Part shown: positions 13,202-27,500 of the stretch, in pieces | Position numbering within the stretch: position 1 is the first letter of the stretch | Layout of the letters: the number at the start of each line of letters is the position of its first letter | Assembly: GCA_015680685.1 (NCBI GenBank) | Contig: MNCI01000270.1 | Location: 29,062 to 93,061 of the forward strand | Source of the DNA: Gnetum montanum | Taxonomy: Eukaryota; Plantae; Gnetophyta | Direction: 5' to 3' | DNA: 64,000 nucleotides | The notes under the pieces: generated by a model | Told to the model about the DNA's origin: nothing | Database searches by the model: none | The model's input: only the letters and a program-made list of their open reading frames with translations | Made by a program: the position numbers and the translations under genes

Positions 13202-13574
13202 AGTTAAGTATTTTTAACACCATGGCTTACTACTTTTTATCATAAAAATAAAACAAAATAAAAAAACCTTAAAATTGACACAATGCAATTATATAGAAAA
13301 AATAAAATACATTCATCATGGCATTGAAAAAAGAAGGAAAACCTATACCAAAAATTCAACATATTAACTACGGAACTAAACTAATAAACTATGTCCAACA
13401 CATTTTGGAAAAACCAAGCAAGAAAAATCGTAAATAAACAAGACAAAACCTAGATCCTAACAATAACATTCATAAGTGCATAAGGGACATTTTGATTGGA
13501 CAAATGCTCCAACCACCCCTATGACATTAATGCATTATTTTCATTAATGAAAGTTAATCATTTACATCACATGA

Positions 13575-14393
13575 GATTGATCTTCAAGAATTTGAATGAT
13601 GTCAAGATGATGGTCTACCAAGGAGGAGAGGATCCACCATGATCTCGCAGGAGCAGCAACCACACATGCAATGGAAGAGGATCTCAAGTAGAAGATCCGA
13701 TCCAGGATCCTAGAGGAGGCATGGCTGCAGGAGGCACACAAATAGGAGGAGCAGGTGCATTGGGAGGAGGAAGAGCCGGAGGCATCTTAGATCTAGATGC
13801 AGCTGGATGGGGTGTATAAGAGCAGCGCATGCTCTTGGCTCAATGAGGGATGCTGCCGCTATGTAACCATGAATATTGGGCACAACACGACATGGGGAGC
13901 GCTGAGGTAGCATATACAGCAGTGGGGGAAGGAGCTACACCTTGATAGGGAAGGGAATGTAGTGCACAAAGAAGGAGCCTTTAAGGATTTTTAGCAAGTA
14001 GCCGCATTTGTGGACACCGAGTGGCATAGAGCAATTTTGGATGCCATCCACAATTAGGAATGAAGTTTCTGCCATTGTACAAAGCTGCCATTTCAATTAT
14101 AGATTGTGTTGTAGGGTGGGGGTTGGATTGGGTGGGTATATGCTTTGTTGTTTTGGCCTTTGGGATGGTGTTGTCTCTTATTTGGGGGAATCAGGTTGGA
14201 GGGCACAGGAGGGAGTCCTGCAAACACAATTTTGTAATGGGGGATAGAAGGGGCAAAACAATTTAATACAACCCCCCACCCCCNTGGGAGGTGAGGGAAA
14301 GGTTCTCCCTTCTTCTTTTTTTCTTTGGGGCTTGGCTGCCTGATGTACATGCTGTTTAGATTAATATAACCCAATTTTTTCCGAAAAAAAAAA
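13575..14393 (+). mobile_element. L1-clade LINE copy C, 3' fragment (coiled coil + J-domain)
   Basis: Reads WLNEGCCRYVTMNIGHNTTWGALRxHIQQWGKELHLDREGNVVHKEGAFKDFxQVAAFVDTEWHRAILDAIH...CHC. TGTACA, TTAATATAA and poly(A) at 14384-14393. Confidence 0.85.
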
Positions 14394-15425
14394 CATTTAT
14401 GTAGGTTGATCAAATACATAGCACAAAGTGCCTTATACCACACTTTTCTCAACATGCTAAGCAACTATAATTATTTTAACTAATGGGAACAAAACATTTG
14501 TATGTCAACCAAGTTTGTCCTACAAACAACATAGATGATATATGATAAAATCTTAGACTACAACCATGTTTTAAATCACATAAATTCTCTAATTTAGAGT
14601 ATGTGCAATGATTTGACATTAAAATGTCAATAGCACCTCTTCATTGTCAAATGACATTTCACATGCACAACATCCATTGTGAAATACAAACTATGACTAC
14701 CTAAATCACTAAATCTTTATAAGATAATTTTTTTGAAGGTTAGAAATGAACTGGTACCATAAAACGATTAATTGTTTTCATGTTATTAGTATTATTGTTT
14801 TTCCCTATTTTCGATAGATTATAATGGAACTTTCATCATGTCTCTTTCTTAATATCTAACATCTCAAGACAATTCTCACTGTACTTCAAATCTCATTTCA
14901 TCATAATCATTTTAGTGTCTTTATCCCAACATGGACTAACCCAAATGGTTAGCAATTGAATTGATGATTAATTTTGATGCTCAACTATCTGCCTGCTACC
15001 ATAGTCCCTGAATGTATATTTTTACCATCTCCCTAGGTAGCATGTTTGTTAACATAAGCCCCTAGGAATTTAACCTATAACTTGCACAAACACAAGCCAC
15101 ATATGGCAACCAAGTAAGCTATGCCTCACTGACACTTCAATGCCTATTTAAATATAAAATTTAACTAGCAATTTAACCAATATGATACTTTACATTCTTT
15201 TTCCCTATTCAAAAATTGTGATTACTAACTCTTAAAAAAAAAACAAAATTTAAAGAGTGTAAGGAAAAAATCAGATAAAATAAACTAGAGTTACAATTCA
15301 TGACTAAGAAGAGGGAAGTTTATAAATCCAGCTCATAGAAAAATGAATATTGCTTGCCATCATAGTTAATGTACAAAATAATGAAAAAAAAATTCAATGA
15401 TATGATGTCTTCAAGATAGACCTAC

Positions 15426-15583
15426 TTGGAACTTGTATCGAGTAGAACATTCAAAACGAACTCCATGGCAAGATGTAATCTGAAATGTATACCAGCAAAT
15501 ATCTCCATATTCTTCTTTGTAATGAGGCATACATTGAGCTTCAACAATTTCTTCCAAAAGTATAGAATCTTGTGGATTTATAT
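15426..15583 (-). CDS. Host PH-domain gene, coding exon 7
   Basis: AG/GT bounded, 158 nt, phase-compatible with exon 6. Encodes (D)INPQDSILLEEIVEAQCMPHYKEEYGDICWYTFQITSCHGVRFECSTRYKFQ, the second half of a PH fold. Confidence 0.9.
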
Positions 15584-15879
15584 CTTTCAACAACAAAAAG
15601 AAAAAAGAAAAAAATTATCCAAATTAAACATATCAATTAAAAGGAAACATTTCAAGGAGTAAAAGCAAGAAAAAAATCTAAAATATAATAAATAAAAATA
15701 AGCCATAGTCTAGCAGTAAAGCATGAGTGGTATATCAAAAATGTGATTTAACATCTTCCCATGTGCACTGGTTGTAATAAGGTAGAACAAAAGTTAATTA
15801 AGAAAAACATAAGGAACGTTGAGGATAATTGTAGCGTTGCAGGATGTATTCCAAGTCAATGTACAAAAACAATGGATTC

Positions 15880-15987
15880 AATCATCATCATCATCCTAAC
15901 CTTAACTCAACTACATAGAGTCAGCTATATGAGTTCTTTTACACCATTCACTTCTATTAAGAGCCAAATAAACATTAATACCTAAAT
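15880..15987 (-). mobile_element. RTE-clade LINE 3' end fragment
   Basis: Reverse complement of the RTE terminus with (GAT)n tail. Similar to 22230-22331. Confidence 0.7.
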
Positions 15988-17804
15988 CAAAGGATTCAAT
16001 AAAACATAAAAATAATGTTACCAATGTTCAATTGATGTAGAAAATAAATCACCTCAAACTAATAAAGTCTATTGGTTAGTTTGATGTGATGAAGAATGCT
16101 GTGATGAGTAATGGTAGGATAATGAATGTAGAGTAACAAGAATATCTATAAACCATGATGTTGATAATAAGAGAGCTAAACAGGCTTTATAAAAAAACTA
16201 GGGTGCATTAAGAAAAAGAAACACCTTAATGGAAAAGAAATTAAACTAGCATACCTAATTTAAAAGGATCTAAGATAACTTTGATAATTAATGAAAAATG
16301 GAAATGCCAAACCCTACCAAATTCCTTTTGATAAAGTAAAGATCTTTGATCTCTCTTTTAGGCAAATGACAAGAATCAGAATACTGAGATTAATTCCATT
16401 CAATACAAGTAACCCTAGATGATGTTAAAAACACTACTAAAATATTCATCATCATTATAGTTGCCTTTGCCTTAACAACATGGCTAACATCTTTTTAATG
16501 TAGGTAGCTGATTCAACAATAATTTTTTATAGTCAGCTTTCCACTGGATGCCCTGAACATCTATTTTTAGCATACCTCAAAATGGCACGTATGGTATTAT
16601 AAAGCAACATCTAAAAATGCACTACATTCTAAAATATTGTACGTAGGGTTAAACAAGGTAAAAGTTAAAACAAAGATGTAGGGATCACTACAACCAATTT
16701 ATAAAAATTCACTAATTTTTAAACAATTTTCAACTCAAAGAATAAGACCTAAACTTACTTGTCTCCAACTAACCATAATAGTAGGTTGATTATAGCATCA
16801 ACTGATCTTCCTCGTGTACAAGAACACCCTAAGGAAATGCATGGCCAAAGATGGTGGCCATCATTTCCTTTTTCTTAATAAACTTGAGAGTAGCAAACGA
16901 TTGCATAACTCACCTGTTTCAATTTGAATTTGCAAATAGCATCAATGAATATGATTTAGTATAGTCCTCAACTTTCACTATTTTCCTCGAACATCATTCT
17001 TTATTCTATGAAGACTTCATACAATGGGTAGCAATCAAAAATATGTAGGATTCAATAACATTGTCTATACAATGTGAGGTTACATTCCAAAATTAAATGT
17101 CATCCAAAACTATAATCTAATCACTATCCATATATGAATTGGGTTTCTTTTAGCTTCTATGATACATAAATAAATAATAAAAACCTAATCATCATTTTTG
17201 AACTTCATAGTGATATGTCCCAAGTTAGGTTACCTAGGATTGTACATGAGGTAGATACATACTTGTGAACGGTATCTACCTTACTAAAAAGTTAGGTGTG
17301 TTATGCAACTCAATTCCCTTAGTCCAAAAGTTGAGGATATTAAGCCTAACTTATGCATAAATAGGGTCTCACTTATAGGGCAAGACACATGAGAGTTAAA
17401 CGATGCAACCCATCTATTCAAGGTACAAGAATGAATATATTTCTAAGAATTATTCAGTATGTTACTTAAAAATGTTGCATGCTTCAAATCAGATGCATCA
17501 AACAAATGCATCATATTAAGACACCTAACTTGGTTAAGGCATGCTACAAGTCACATGTTTGATCCTGATGGATAACTACTAAGATATATAGGCATCATGC
17601 AAAAAATGGTTGAAATTGAATTGATCCAATGAATCCATAGGGTCTAGGATGTAGTTAAAAATATCTTCAATTTCAATTTTACTAAAGTATGAGATTAGGT
17701 GAAATTGATCATCTTAGAATGTAAATAGCTTCTAATCACAATTCATGTGGGGTCATGTTATTGAAAGCAAGTAAACAAACATGATTAAATACATAATAAC
17801 AATG

Positions 17805-17975
17805 AGGTGTTCGCTTAGTGATAAGAGTATTAGCTTGGTAACTCCAAGTCACAAATTTGATTTCATTAGGCAGTACTAAACTATAAATTAAAAGGAAATT
17901 TGAAACTAGTCAGATATATCCAAGGGATCTTGATGGACATAAGCAAAAAATTTCAGTTTCAGTTTCAATATTTTC
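17805..17975 (+). mobile_element. tRNA-derived SINE-like repeat
   Basis: A-box-like GCTTAGTGATAAGAG and B-box-like ATTTGATTTC. Body shared with 28925-29105 and, more weakly, 17510-17690. Confidence 0.55.
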
Positions 17976-18796
17976 TTAAGGAAATTTTCATAAGACAAGA
18001 AGAACATAAATGCTTCTAAGTAAAGGGAGGCTAGTATAATAGAATTTAAAAAATAAATAATAAATTTCTTACATAAAAGAAAAATCTAGACCATAGTAGG
18101 ACTTGTAATGCATGTATTTGACATTAAAAGAATTTATTTCAAAGGAACTATCAATATTCTATAATCATTACCATAATTATCTTAGCATTAATACCCAAAT
18201 CTTTGGTATCTTTCTTTATGCTTGCAAACCAAATATGTATTAGTCTACTTCATTTTGTTTTCCCTCAATTTTAAGAAAACAACCACCTCTAATAAGCATG
18301 TTCTCTAGTCTTTTATAGCAACCCCCTTTTTTCTTGGCTGTACAATTCCCTTTTTTGGCTTTAGTTAATGATAATATGATTGCCCGACCTTTACACAAAA
18401 AAGAAAAAAAAGGAAAAAAAATAGTTAGGGCTTGAAGGAGAAGGCATTCCATTGGTTTGGTATTTTGGTTTTATGCTTTCCTCTTGCACATGGTACTCTC
18501 ATCCATTATACTCTGTGGCTTTATTTTATGAGAAAATTCTAGTGGAATAAGGATTAGAGTGACTTTTCTTTAAAAATAGAGAGATTAGAAGCGTATATTT
18601 ATCTTGGAAGGAATTGAACCAAAGTCCTCTTAGTTGGAAGGGCATGTATTTTTTTTTCTTTTTTTAGGGCAGCTTTAGGAAACTTTGAACCTGAGACCTG
18701 ATTTTGGATCTTTTTTAAAAAAATGTAACAGAAAAAAACTGTAACTACCATAAAAAGTGGATTACACTAAAGAAACAAAAACTGAAACATGTCTAA

Positions 18797-19222
18797 ATCA
18801 ACCTCTAGAGGAGCAACAAAGGAAGGAAAAGGAATTGCTTTGGTTCCAACAGGCTGCTGCCTTTATGGCTTCAAAACACCAATGCGAGATTCTTGATAGG
18901 GTTCATTCCAGGATGCAATGTAGATGTGCTTGTTCCAACCTGCCCCACCATGATTAAGGGGCCCGTGTTGGTGTTGTTTGTTGGGCTGTGCTTTTTTATG
19001 TCCCATTATCTAGGACCTCGTTTCAAAATAATACACTGCCTTAAGCTTAGATAGAAAAAATAAGCTATAAAATCTATTAAGCATAAAGGTCTCGTGGAAC
19101 TCACTTAAGGGGATGGGGATACCTCCCCTATTTTTTGGATCTAGGTCCTGATTGTACATATTCTTTTATTTCAATTAATTTAATCCAACCTGACCTTTTT
19201 CCAAAAAATAAAAAATAAAAAG
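18797..19222 (+). mobile_element. L1-clade LINE copy D, short 3' fragment (C-terminal half of J-domain + tail; same subfamily as B)
   Basis: ORF 18757-18957 ..KEKELLWFQQAAAFMASKHQCEILDRVHSRMQCRCACSNLPHHD nearly matches copy B. Tail matches 5430-5520 in reverse complement. Confidence 0.85.
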
Positions 19223-19239
19223 GCTAGGCAAAATAAAAG

Positions 19240-20200
19240 AGGGGCTTGAGGTCTCCTTCTCCTGTCCTCGATAGCCACGAGTTGGAGCTATGATTTGTTG
19301 TAGAGCTACCACAAGCAATGAAGGAGGCTGCAAAGTGGGCAAGGTCGGAGGAAAGGTGCATGTGGGAGGCAAAGTGGAGTGCCCCAAAGGAAGAGTTCCA
19401 TTGGCTCACTACCCATCTGCAGACCCAATATGCTGAAAACGAGAAGGAGCTTTTGCAGAAGCGCGAGCTGCACGAAGTGGCAACAAGGGCTGCACTAATT
19501 GATGATTTGCATGTCCAGATCAAGGAATAGGTGTGATAGGATGTGCAACAGAGGGTTGAGCAAGAGCAGATGGAGCTACTGACTAAGGAGCAGGAGCAGG
19601 AGGAGGCTAAATAGTTGCAACAGCAGTAGGATATGGTGCATGCACATAATGCTCAGATGTGGCTGTGTGATGGGAGATGTCCATATGTCATTATTGACAT
19701 AAACAATAACACTTCTTGGTTGGCTCTACACCGACACATTAGGCAGTCATCGGCTAAGCTTCAACCAAATGGCAAGGGGCGTGCAACCAAGTGTGCACCG
19801 AAGGAGGGTGCTTTTAAGGAATTTCAGCAAGTGGCTACTTTTGTTGACACTAAACATCATCGTGATGTGATGCAGGTCATTCACTGTCAAGAATATCCCG
19901 ATTGTGAATGTACTAGGTTGTTAAAGAGCCTTTAGAAATTGGGTACTATATGTACCAATGTCCTTATTTGTGATGGTTTTTTCCCCAAGGCCATGTGTAT
20001 TGGCCATTTTTGACCTGTTGTGCCCAAGTGTAGGGGTACTCCTCTCTAGTTTCCTGTTTGTGGTGGTTGGTCATCTTATATAGTTTTCAGTAGATGGAGT
20101 GGGGAGAAACTCACTCGATAGCGGAGGCACATGCTTAGACACAATTTTGTTTGTACATTTTCAGGACTTAATATAATCCCGAACATTTTTAGGAAATACC
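19240..20200 (+). mobile_element. L1-clade LINE copy E, 3' fragment (coiled coil + J-domain; same subfamily as H)
   Basis: ORF 19318-19530 is the coiled coil. ORF 19633-19935 reads GRCPYVIIDINNNTSWLALHRHIRQSSAKLQPNGKG..KEGAFKEFQQVATFVDTKHHR..IH..PDCEC. Confidence 0.9.
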
Positions 20201-21769
20201 CATAAAGATTTTGCACAATTTGGCATAAAGATTTACCAACAAGGGCCAAGAATCCATGATATGAGGATTGGTACCACTGGTAGAAAACAAGAGCATCCTA
20301 GGCCTACCTTGGTTTTAGAAATCTTGAAGTGAATTTCTAAGTATTGACATTTTGGTGAATTCTCAGGTTTGTCCTTTTTCTTTATTTTTGAAAAAAGTTC
20401 CAAATATGTATTAAGAAAAATATATGTACATCAAGGAAAAAAGGGTTTTTTTGGGGGGGTGGGGGGGTGGGCGTGGGTGGTGCCACAATCTTAAAAGGCC
20501 TTAAAACCACTACCTATTTTATTAGGCCATGCAATAGACCATGGATAGAGTTAACTGGCTTGTTGTTGAGCTGCATAGCTATGAATAATATGATTTCAAG
20601 TTTAGTTGTTTTGACATTTATATTGCACCTTGGATCTATAGTGTTTACTGAGAGATGTCAATCATCATATTGGCATTCTCTTCCTACTAGATCCTTGGGC
20701 TGCTGTTAGTGTCATATAATTTTATATATTATGCTAAAGTCTTTTATGTTGAACTAACTGTTATCTATGCTAGTCTAAGTGCTAGATTGGATTTTTTGTT
20801 GAGGCAACATTTCAAGTGCTTTAAGTGTTACCTCTTGTTTCCTAGACTGGGATGTTATATAAGATGTCCCAAACAAGGCCAGACAACCCACCACAGATGC
20901 ATCTTGACTCTACCAAGACATCTCACTAGTTAAACTTAGTCCTGTAGTCAAGATTTCTTATCCTCAAAGTCAAGATGTCTCACAGATCCAAGATGACCCA
21001 ACAACAACCCTCATAGGCCATCAAGCAACATCTACCACTCAATCCTTGGACCTTCCTTGGTACCAACATGAACTCAAAGTGCTTGAATCAAGGTCAATGC
21101 ATGCCCACACATAGGAACATTCAGACAATGACTTAGACACTCAAAACTTAGGGGTTGTAACAGTCGATGTCCTCATCATTTTGTCATGAAGATGACAGAT
21201 GCTATGCCACTATGATCCATAACAGTTATTTCTAGTTTTGCATTCATTGCACTCCATACTCCACCTAGTCACTTGCTTTTTGTGGCATTCCTTTTGTTCC
21301 TTCCTTCTTGGCCATTTCCAAGAAGATGTCTTCTTATGCAAGATATACCTTTGTTTTGGTTCTCAACAGGCTTTATTGGAGATGGAAGATAGTGCTCCTT
21401 GCCTTTACTTGCTCAGGTAATAACTTTTACTATCTGGAACATTTTGTATGATGATTAGATCCCAGTTTTTGGATGTTATGTTCATCGTGAAATTTCTAGT
21501 TTTATCGTAGGGATGCTTTTGTTGATATGAAGTATATGTAAATTATGAATGACATGATTTAAGAAATACAGGATAATATGCCTTACTGTATGCACTTTAT
21601 AGATGATACTTTGTTGGTGGATAAATCTAAGGAAATCCCTGGCTATAAAAATGAAAATATGGAAAACGACCTTAGAATCAAAGGAGTACAATGTGCATTT
21701 TCATTAGAAAAGAAAGTAATGAACATTTAAGCAATGCAAATACTTGAAATAATTTGTTTAAATGGATGG

Positions 21770-22331
21770 TAAGATTAACAATGAAGTGACAAAAAAATTG
21801 AAGAATAATATATAAAAGGAAGAGAAGCTAGTAGTGTATTTTGTGATAAAAAATCTCTACTAGGTTGAAGCAAAAGTTCTACAAAACTATTATCAGACCT
21901 ACAATTCTTTAGAGTAAAGAATGTTAACCTATCAAAAACCATTAGGTTCAACGTGTGCATGTGGTAGAGATGTGAATGTTAACGTGGATGTTAGGTATTA
22001 CTAAAAATGATCAAACAAATTCATCTCTATTTAGGAAAAGTTTGAGGGTGGAACTTATAGATGAGAAGATTAAGGAAAGTAGTCTCAAATGGTTTGATCA
22101 TGTGCTGAGAAGACCCAAGAGAGAGCACCTGTTAGAAGAGGTTGTTCTACTAAAGTTAAGGAAAAACAATAAAGATGTAGACTAAAACATACTTGGTTTG
22201 TAAAAATAAAGAAAAACATCTAAGATTTAGTTATTAATGTTAATTTGGCCCTTAATAGATGTGAATGATAGAAAGAAATTCATATAGCTGTCCCCATGTA
22301 GTTGGAATGAGGCTAGGATGATGATGATGAT
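21770..22331 (+). mobile_element. RTE-clade LINE 3' fragment
   Basis: ORF 21976-22185 MLTWMLGITKND...DEKIKESSLKWFDHVLRRP matches the RTE C-terminal MLRW..G.T..D / E.RLRWFGHV.RR pattern. Ends in GGCTAG(GAT)n. Confidence 0.85.
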
Positions 22332-22379
22332 CATAGAAAAAAACCCAAATTCAACAATGCTAAACACAGTTGCATGTTG

Positions 22380-22850
22380 CACAAGATTGGTGCTCACCTT
22401 CATTGTCAACAAGAAAACCTCGTCAAAGCAAACAATTTGTTTGCTCTTGAGGGGTGCTTATACAAGGCAAAAAGCTTTTCCCACAACCCCTCAATAGTGT
22501 CTTCATCCCTGAAAGTGTACAGGATGTCATCAAATATACAAGGCTGCATAAATGACAAAGCCCTTCTATTAAGTAGTCTCCAATTCTTGTTGCTCATTTC
22601 AACAGGCTTTTTTGCAAATTCTTCTATTATTAGACCTTGGCACTACTTTTAATACAAAACATCAGTCATCAAAAGCTTCTAAAGCTGCCAGTTGGAATCT
22701 ATAAGCTTCAGAATCTTGCCTCCCTCCATCTCATTAAACACTCAACAACGCTTTCCAATCATAAAAGTGTAGATTGTAAAGCTGCAAAATGACCAACAAC
22801 CCCAGAAATGCTGCAGCCACAGAACATCAAAGCTCTTAATACAAATTGTT
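22380..22850 (-). mobile_element. Ty1/copia 5' fragment (PBS + gag)
   Basis: ORF 22406-22597 W..LNRRALSF...IFDDIL......T..GLWEKL..LY..PS.ANKL is a copia gag pattern. Degenerate tRNA-Met PBS (minus: AACAATTTGTATTAAGAGC) at ~22832-22850. Confidence 0.75.
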
Positions 22851-23670
22851 GGCAGAATAAGGATTGTTCCAAATTTGTTCTCCTAAATTTGTTAAAATGA
22901 TATAACAAAAATAATGAAAAGAGAAATAAATCTGTTCAAGTAAAAAGAAACAAGAATGGATCATTAAGAAAGATGTTACATGGTAGAACATTTCGATCTA
23001 AAGGGAGAGCATCACAAGATGGCACAAAGATCTGAATTAGCTTCAACTGTAAAGAAGAGTTCATGATACAACCACAACCAAATACCAGATAGCATACAAT
23101 ATGTATATTCTGCCATTTCATGGTTTTGTTAAACCCAAGAAGCCTCACAATCAGTGGATCACATCAACGGCTGACATTGAATGGGATCCTAGGACCCTCT
23201 AAAAATCACAATACACAGGCATTATATGTGTTCTTTATTTTTTTAAAGTCCTCGCCTAAATATAACGTTTTAACCTAATAACGTAAAGCGACTTACGACA
23301 ATAACACTTTGCACACAAGTCATTTACAATGAAGCTCTAGCTTCACACTTTACTCCAACACATGCATTGTACTATTTATCATTTTCTAGGCAAAGAAAAG
23401 TATAATCACTAATCTCCAATTTCCTCTAGCACTGTCCCTTCCTGCCTTATGTTTGAAAAAGGTAACATTGCAACTAGCTGCACCATGGGAATAACCATCT
23501 ACAACTTTTCTACTGATTGGCCCCTTTCCAGAGAGCTAGTTACATAAGAATAGTGAAACGGTAGTATATAACTTAAACCAATCACATCAAAAAAAAAATG
23601 AAAAATGAAAAATGTAACGTAAGTAAATGATTGAAATATGCATGTAAGGAAAGAGATATTAAATGATTAC

Positions 23671-23785
23671 CTGTTGATCGGAGGTAGAATAAAATACATG
23701 AACCATGTAGCACAACAAATTTCTGGACCCAATCGTTGACATCTGTATCATCAATTGGAGGTTCACCTGGTAAAGCCAACCAGCG
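23671..23785 (-). CDS. Host PH-domain gene, coding exon 6
   Basis: attttacag|...|GTAATC, 115 nt. Encodes RWLALPGEPPIDDTDVNDWVQKFVVLHGSCILFYLRST (PH W..RFVVL....LFY motif). Confidence 0.92.
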
Positions 23786-23914
23786 CTGTAAAATGTACAT
23801 CAGGTAAAAGACATATCAAAAGAGTACTCAGGCATGCAACTCGTAGAATTAACAAAGAATTCTTATAGAACAAAAAAAGAAAAAAAAGAAAAAAAGAAAG
23901 TTATGCTTTATTAC

Positions 23915-23978
23915 TGTTCTAGTGTACAAATAACCTGCCAGCGTTGCAGATCTCAAAAGCTCATCAAGATGCTCCAAC
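23915..23978 (-). CDS. Host PH-domain gene, coding exon 5
   Basis: AG/GT bounded, 64 nt. Encodes (Q)LEHLDELLRSATLAGYLYTRT. Phase matches exon 4 (CA|G) and exon 6. Confidence 0.9.
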
Positions 23979-24596
23979 CTGATAGAAACAAGAACACCAA
24001 TTTGCGTGAAGTCTCTCAAAGTTATGTGGTATAGAGCATTAAGATAACCAAACTAGTGAAAAAAGGCTTTAGAGATGGCAAGGTTGCTTTGAAGTGGAAA
24101 ATGAAACTGGCAGAACATGGAATTGCTTTAAAGTGCATATCTATGTTTGACAGTTTTAGTGGGTGGATCACATTTTCTGGTTACCAGGAAAAATCCCTGA
24201 TCTTAAAATAGCCTATAAAGAGGTGCTTCTTCTCTCCATCGTGTCACAAAATATGCACAGTTTAGCCACAGAAAAATAACAAGAAAATGTCATGATAGCA
24301 CAACAAATATAAACAGTAATCAGAGAATAAACTTGAAATTTTCTTGATAATATCCAATTGCTCAGAGACAAAATTTTGACAATTGTGCTACACTTAATTA
24401 TGATTTTACTCAGTTTATGGCCAAATTGCATGAATAGGTCAGAAACCACATGTCTAAAAGGCATTCATGCCTCCCTTACGCATTCATGCCTTTGCTAACC
24501 TCATGCCTCCNTGAAATTGAAAAGAAAAATGCCAGATATGCTTCTGTGAAGAATAAGGGAAGAGAGATCATACCTTTTTTATATTTTCTTTCCTTC

Positions 24597-27500
24597 TTTT
24601 TTTTCTTTTTTTGAGAAATGATCAGGCAAATTATATTACAGGAAGCAAGTTACATGCAAGAATGGGCAGGGGTGAGAAACCCCCAATGCAACAAAACAAG
24701 AACCCAGTGGGGAAGGAAAACCCCTGCAACAACACCCACAAGGAAGGGGAAAGACTAGACCTGACCCTATCAGTAAGAGAACCATTGATGGCTGCAACAT
24801 GTGTCCCTCATGGCACTCAAAACCGCCAACCAAAAAACAGCAAAACCTAATATAAACACCTTTTGAGAAATGACAAAAATGTCAATTCATAGGGGGAATG
24901 GCAGCCTCTTGTAGGTATAGTGGGGCATCTACTATCCATGCACCCTGTCAACAATCTCATGCTCCTCCTCAAATAGCATAAACCCTACAGTCTCCTAAAA
25001 AATTTTGAACCTTTCCTCATGTTCGCCTTGCACCTGTTTTGCCATCTAGCACACCTTGTCAAGATGAAGAGTGCATGATGTTTGTCCGATGTACTTCTGA
25101 AGGTTGTCCCATAGAGTATCTATGTTATGCCCATCACAACATCTAGGCATCTGCCCTCTTTGAACCACATCCTGGCATTCAAGGTGAGTGTCTTATATTG
25201 GAGCTTCCTCATATTTTCATCTTCCAGGAGCTCCTTCACCCATCTAAACAACTCCTACTGCTCCTACTCCTACTCCTCCTTTTGCAACTGCTTTCTAATC
25301 CCCCGCACAACACCCCACCCCCAAAGAAAAAAAAAAAGACGATGAAGACATTGCCATGTGTGCCCTCCCCCTTCTTGCATACAGCCTAGTAAATAGTGCA
25401 ACAGCCAACCACTTGGAACATATGGCCATACAACTGGCCTAGCCACCTGCCAAAAGGCAAAAACCAAGTCGAAGCACCACCCCCATCAAGGTTGCTGAAG
25501 CACTGTGAGAAAAAACTGCAAAAGATTAATTCGTCTCCCCAACTGCAAGCATCACATGAACATGAAATGCACCTCTTGCAACTTCAAACTGTTCCCAAAC
25601 TAAATGAAGAAGCACTCCACCAACTCTGTCACCTCTTACTAGATGGATGACAAACATAAACGAGGATCCTGCCCACTAGAGGTCCTAGAGATGCTCCCTA
25701 AGAAGAATGGCACAACATCTTGTAGCCCCATGATGGTGAGCAAAATCACCTCCCCCATTGCCCAAATGATATTCCTGACAAGCTGGTTGACTTTGTCAAC
25801 CAACCCATTGTGGTGCGGCCACCACTGAGGCCACTCACCTCACCATACTTGCAAGGATTGTGGTGGCCAACGGCACTTCCCCTTTACTAGACAGAAATCA
25901 TGACATCCAATGTTTGATCTTAGCCTGCATTCTATGAATAATGCAAGACCAAGTAATTGACCATTGCCAAGCAAACATTGGAACCCCCAAAAATGCTTCC
26001 TCCTTACCCCTTTGTCCCATTCCTAGTACTTGAGGATCCCTCTTTTCATAACTAAGACAATGTGGATAAAATGGACAGCTAACGTGCCCCAATTGATGCT
26101 GAGACCCACCTCCCTACTCATCTTGTTCAATACCTTCTTGATATTTGACACTTGCAGCATTGTAGCTTTTGTCACCAAGATGGTGTTGTTTGCATAATGA
26201 TTAGTGATACACATGATGCCCTCCATCCTATAGTACATGGTCATGGTGTCCAGGACCAAGATAAATAAAAGGGAACATAATGGATCCCCTTGACGCAAGC
26301 CCCTTTGTAGGGAGGAGAACCCCCACAACTACTCATTGATATCAAATGAGAAGGCTCTAGTTTACTATATCTACAAACATAAGTTTACAAACCTAGGATG
26401 GAACCCCTTGCAGAGCATTATCTAACCAAGGGAGGTCCAATCAATTGTGTCATATGCTTGCACAATATCCAAATTAAGGAACATACCTAGGAATTCCACC
26501 CTCAATGTAGAGTGCATGAGCTCATGAAGAAGTCAGATTTCATCTCGGATGCACCTCCCCTCAACAAACTGCACCTAATAGTTCCCAATCAACAACGACA
26601 TCAATAGCTGCAAATGTCTCACCAAGACTTTGGAAAAGATACTAAGCAAGGATTTGCACACCCCAATAGGCTGAAAATCCATAGGTCTCACTAGAGTCAA
26701 GACCTTGGGCAACAAGAAAACCCTAGAACAATTGATTTTTTTTTGACTTGACCCCAATGCAACATGACATTGAATGCATCCACTAGGTTATCCCCAATGT
26801 CCTCAAAAAACTTGTTAAAGAATTCAATAGGAAAACCATTCAAGCCTGAAGCCTTCCCCACTTTCATAGTGTACATTGCTTCAAGAATCTCAACCCTTGT
26901 GATGTGTTGTAGTAGTCTTTGGTTATCCATTTGTGTAAACACCCTCTAAATCAACACTGTAATGGGGGAGGTGTCTCCCCTTTTCCATATCCTTTCCTAG
27001 AATTGCTAAATGCACTAGGCAATCTATCTTGGGTTTGTAATGCATGTTTCACCATCAAATAGCACCTCAATGTTTTTGGCCCTCTTGATGACATTGGCCG
27101 ACACAAAGAGAACTTCATATTACGGTCACCTTCTCTAAACCATCAAACCATAGAACATTCCTACCAATAAATCTCCTCCTCCATCGAGAGCCTTTGAAGA
27201 TCCTAAAGGATGAAACATTCCTCACTCTACAAAACCTTTTCCTCTTCTTGCAATTGTTGTATCATCTACAGTTTCGAAGTCCATTTGTACTTGAGAGACT
27301 TACCTATCATGCTTGGCTTATGCTCTAAATCCTTGTTTGACCTATTGAAGATTCCCTCTAAGAAACTTCCTCAAGTCATGACTACTGTAGTACACCAACC
27401 ACACCTCCTATAACAATTGTTTTAGCCAAGGTTTCCCCAACTAGGATTGCTCAAAACAAATGCCTTGGTAGCCTATGTCTCAAGGATGGTGTACCTTATA

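Noticed and set aside
19633-19935. Possible host DnaJ gene or processed pseudogene
   Set aside because: The domain always occurs at the same position inside LINE bodies, in frame with LINE sequence and followed by the LINE tail. It has no introns or independent gene structure.
20826-21162. Possible small solo LTR (TGTTAC...GTAACA)
   Set aside because: No matching TSD and no second copy in the window.
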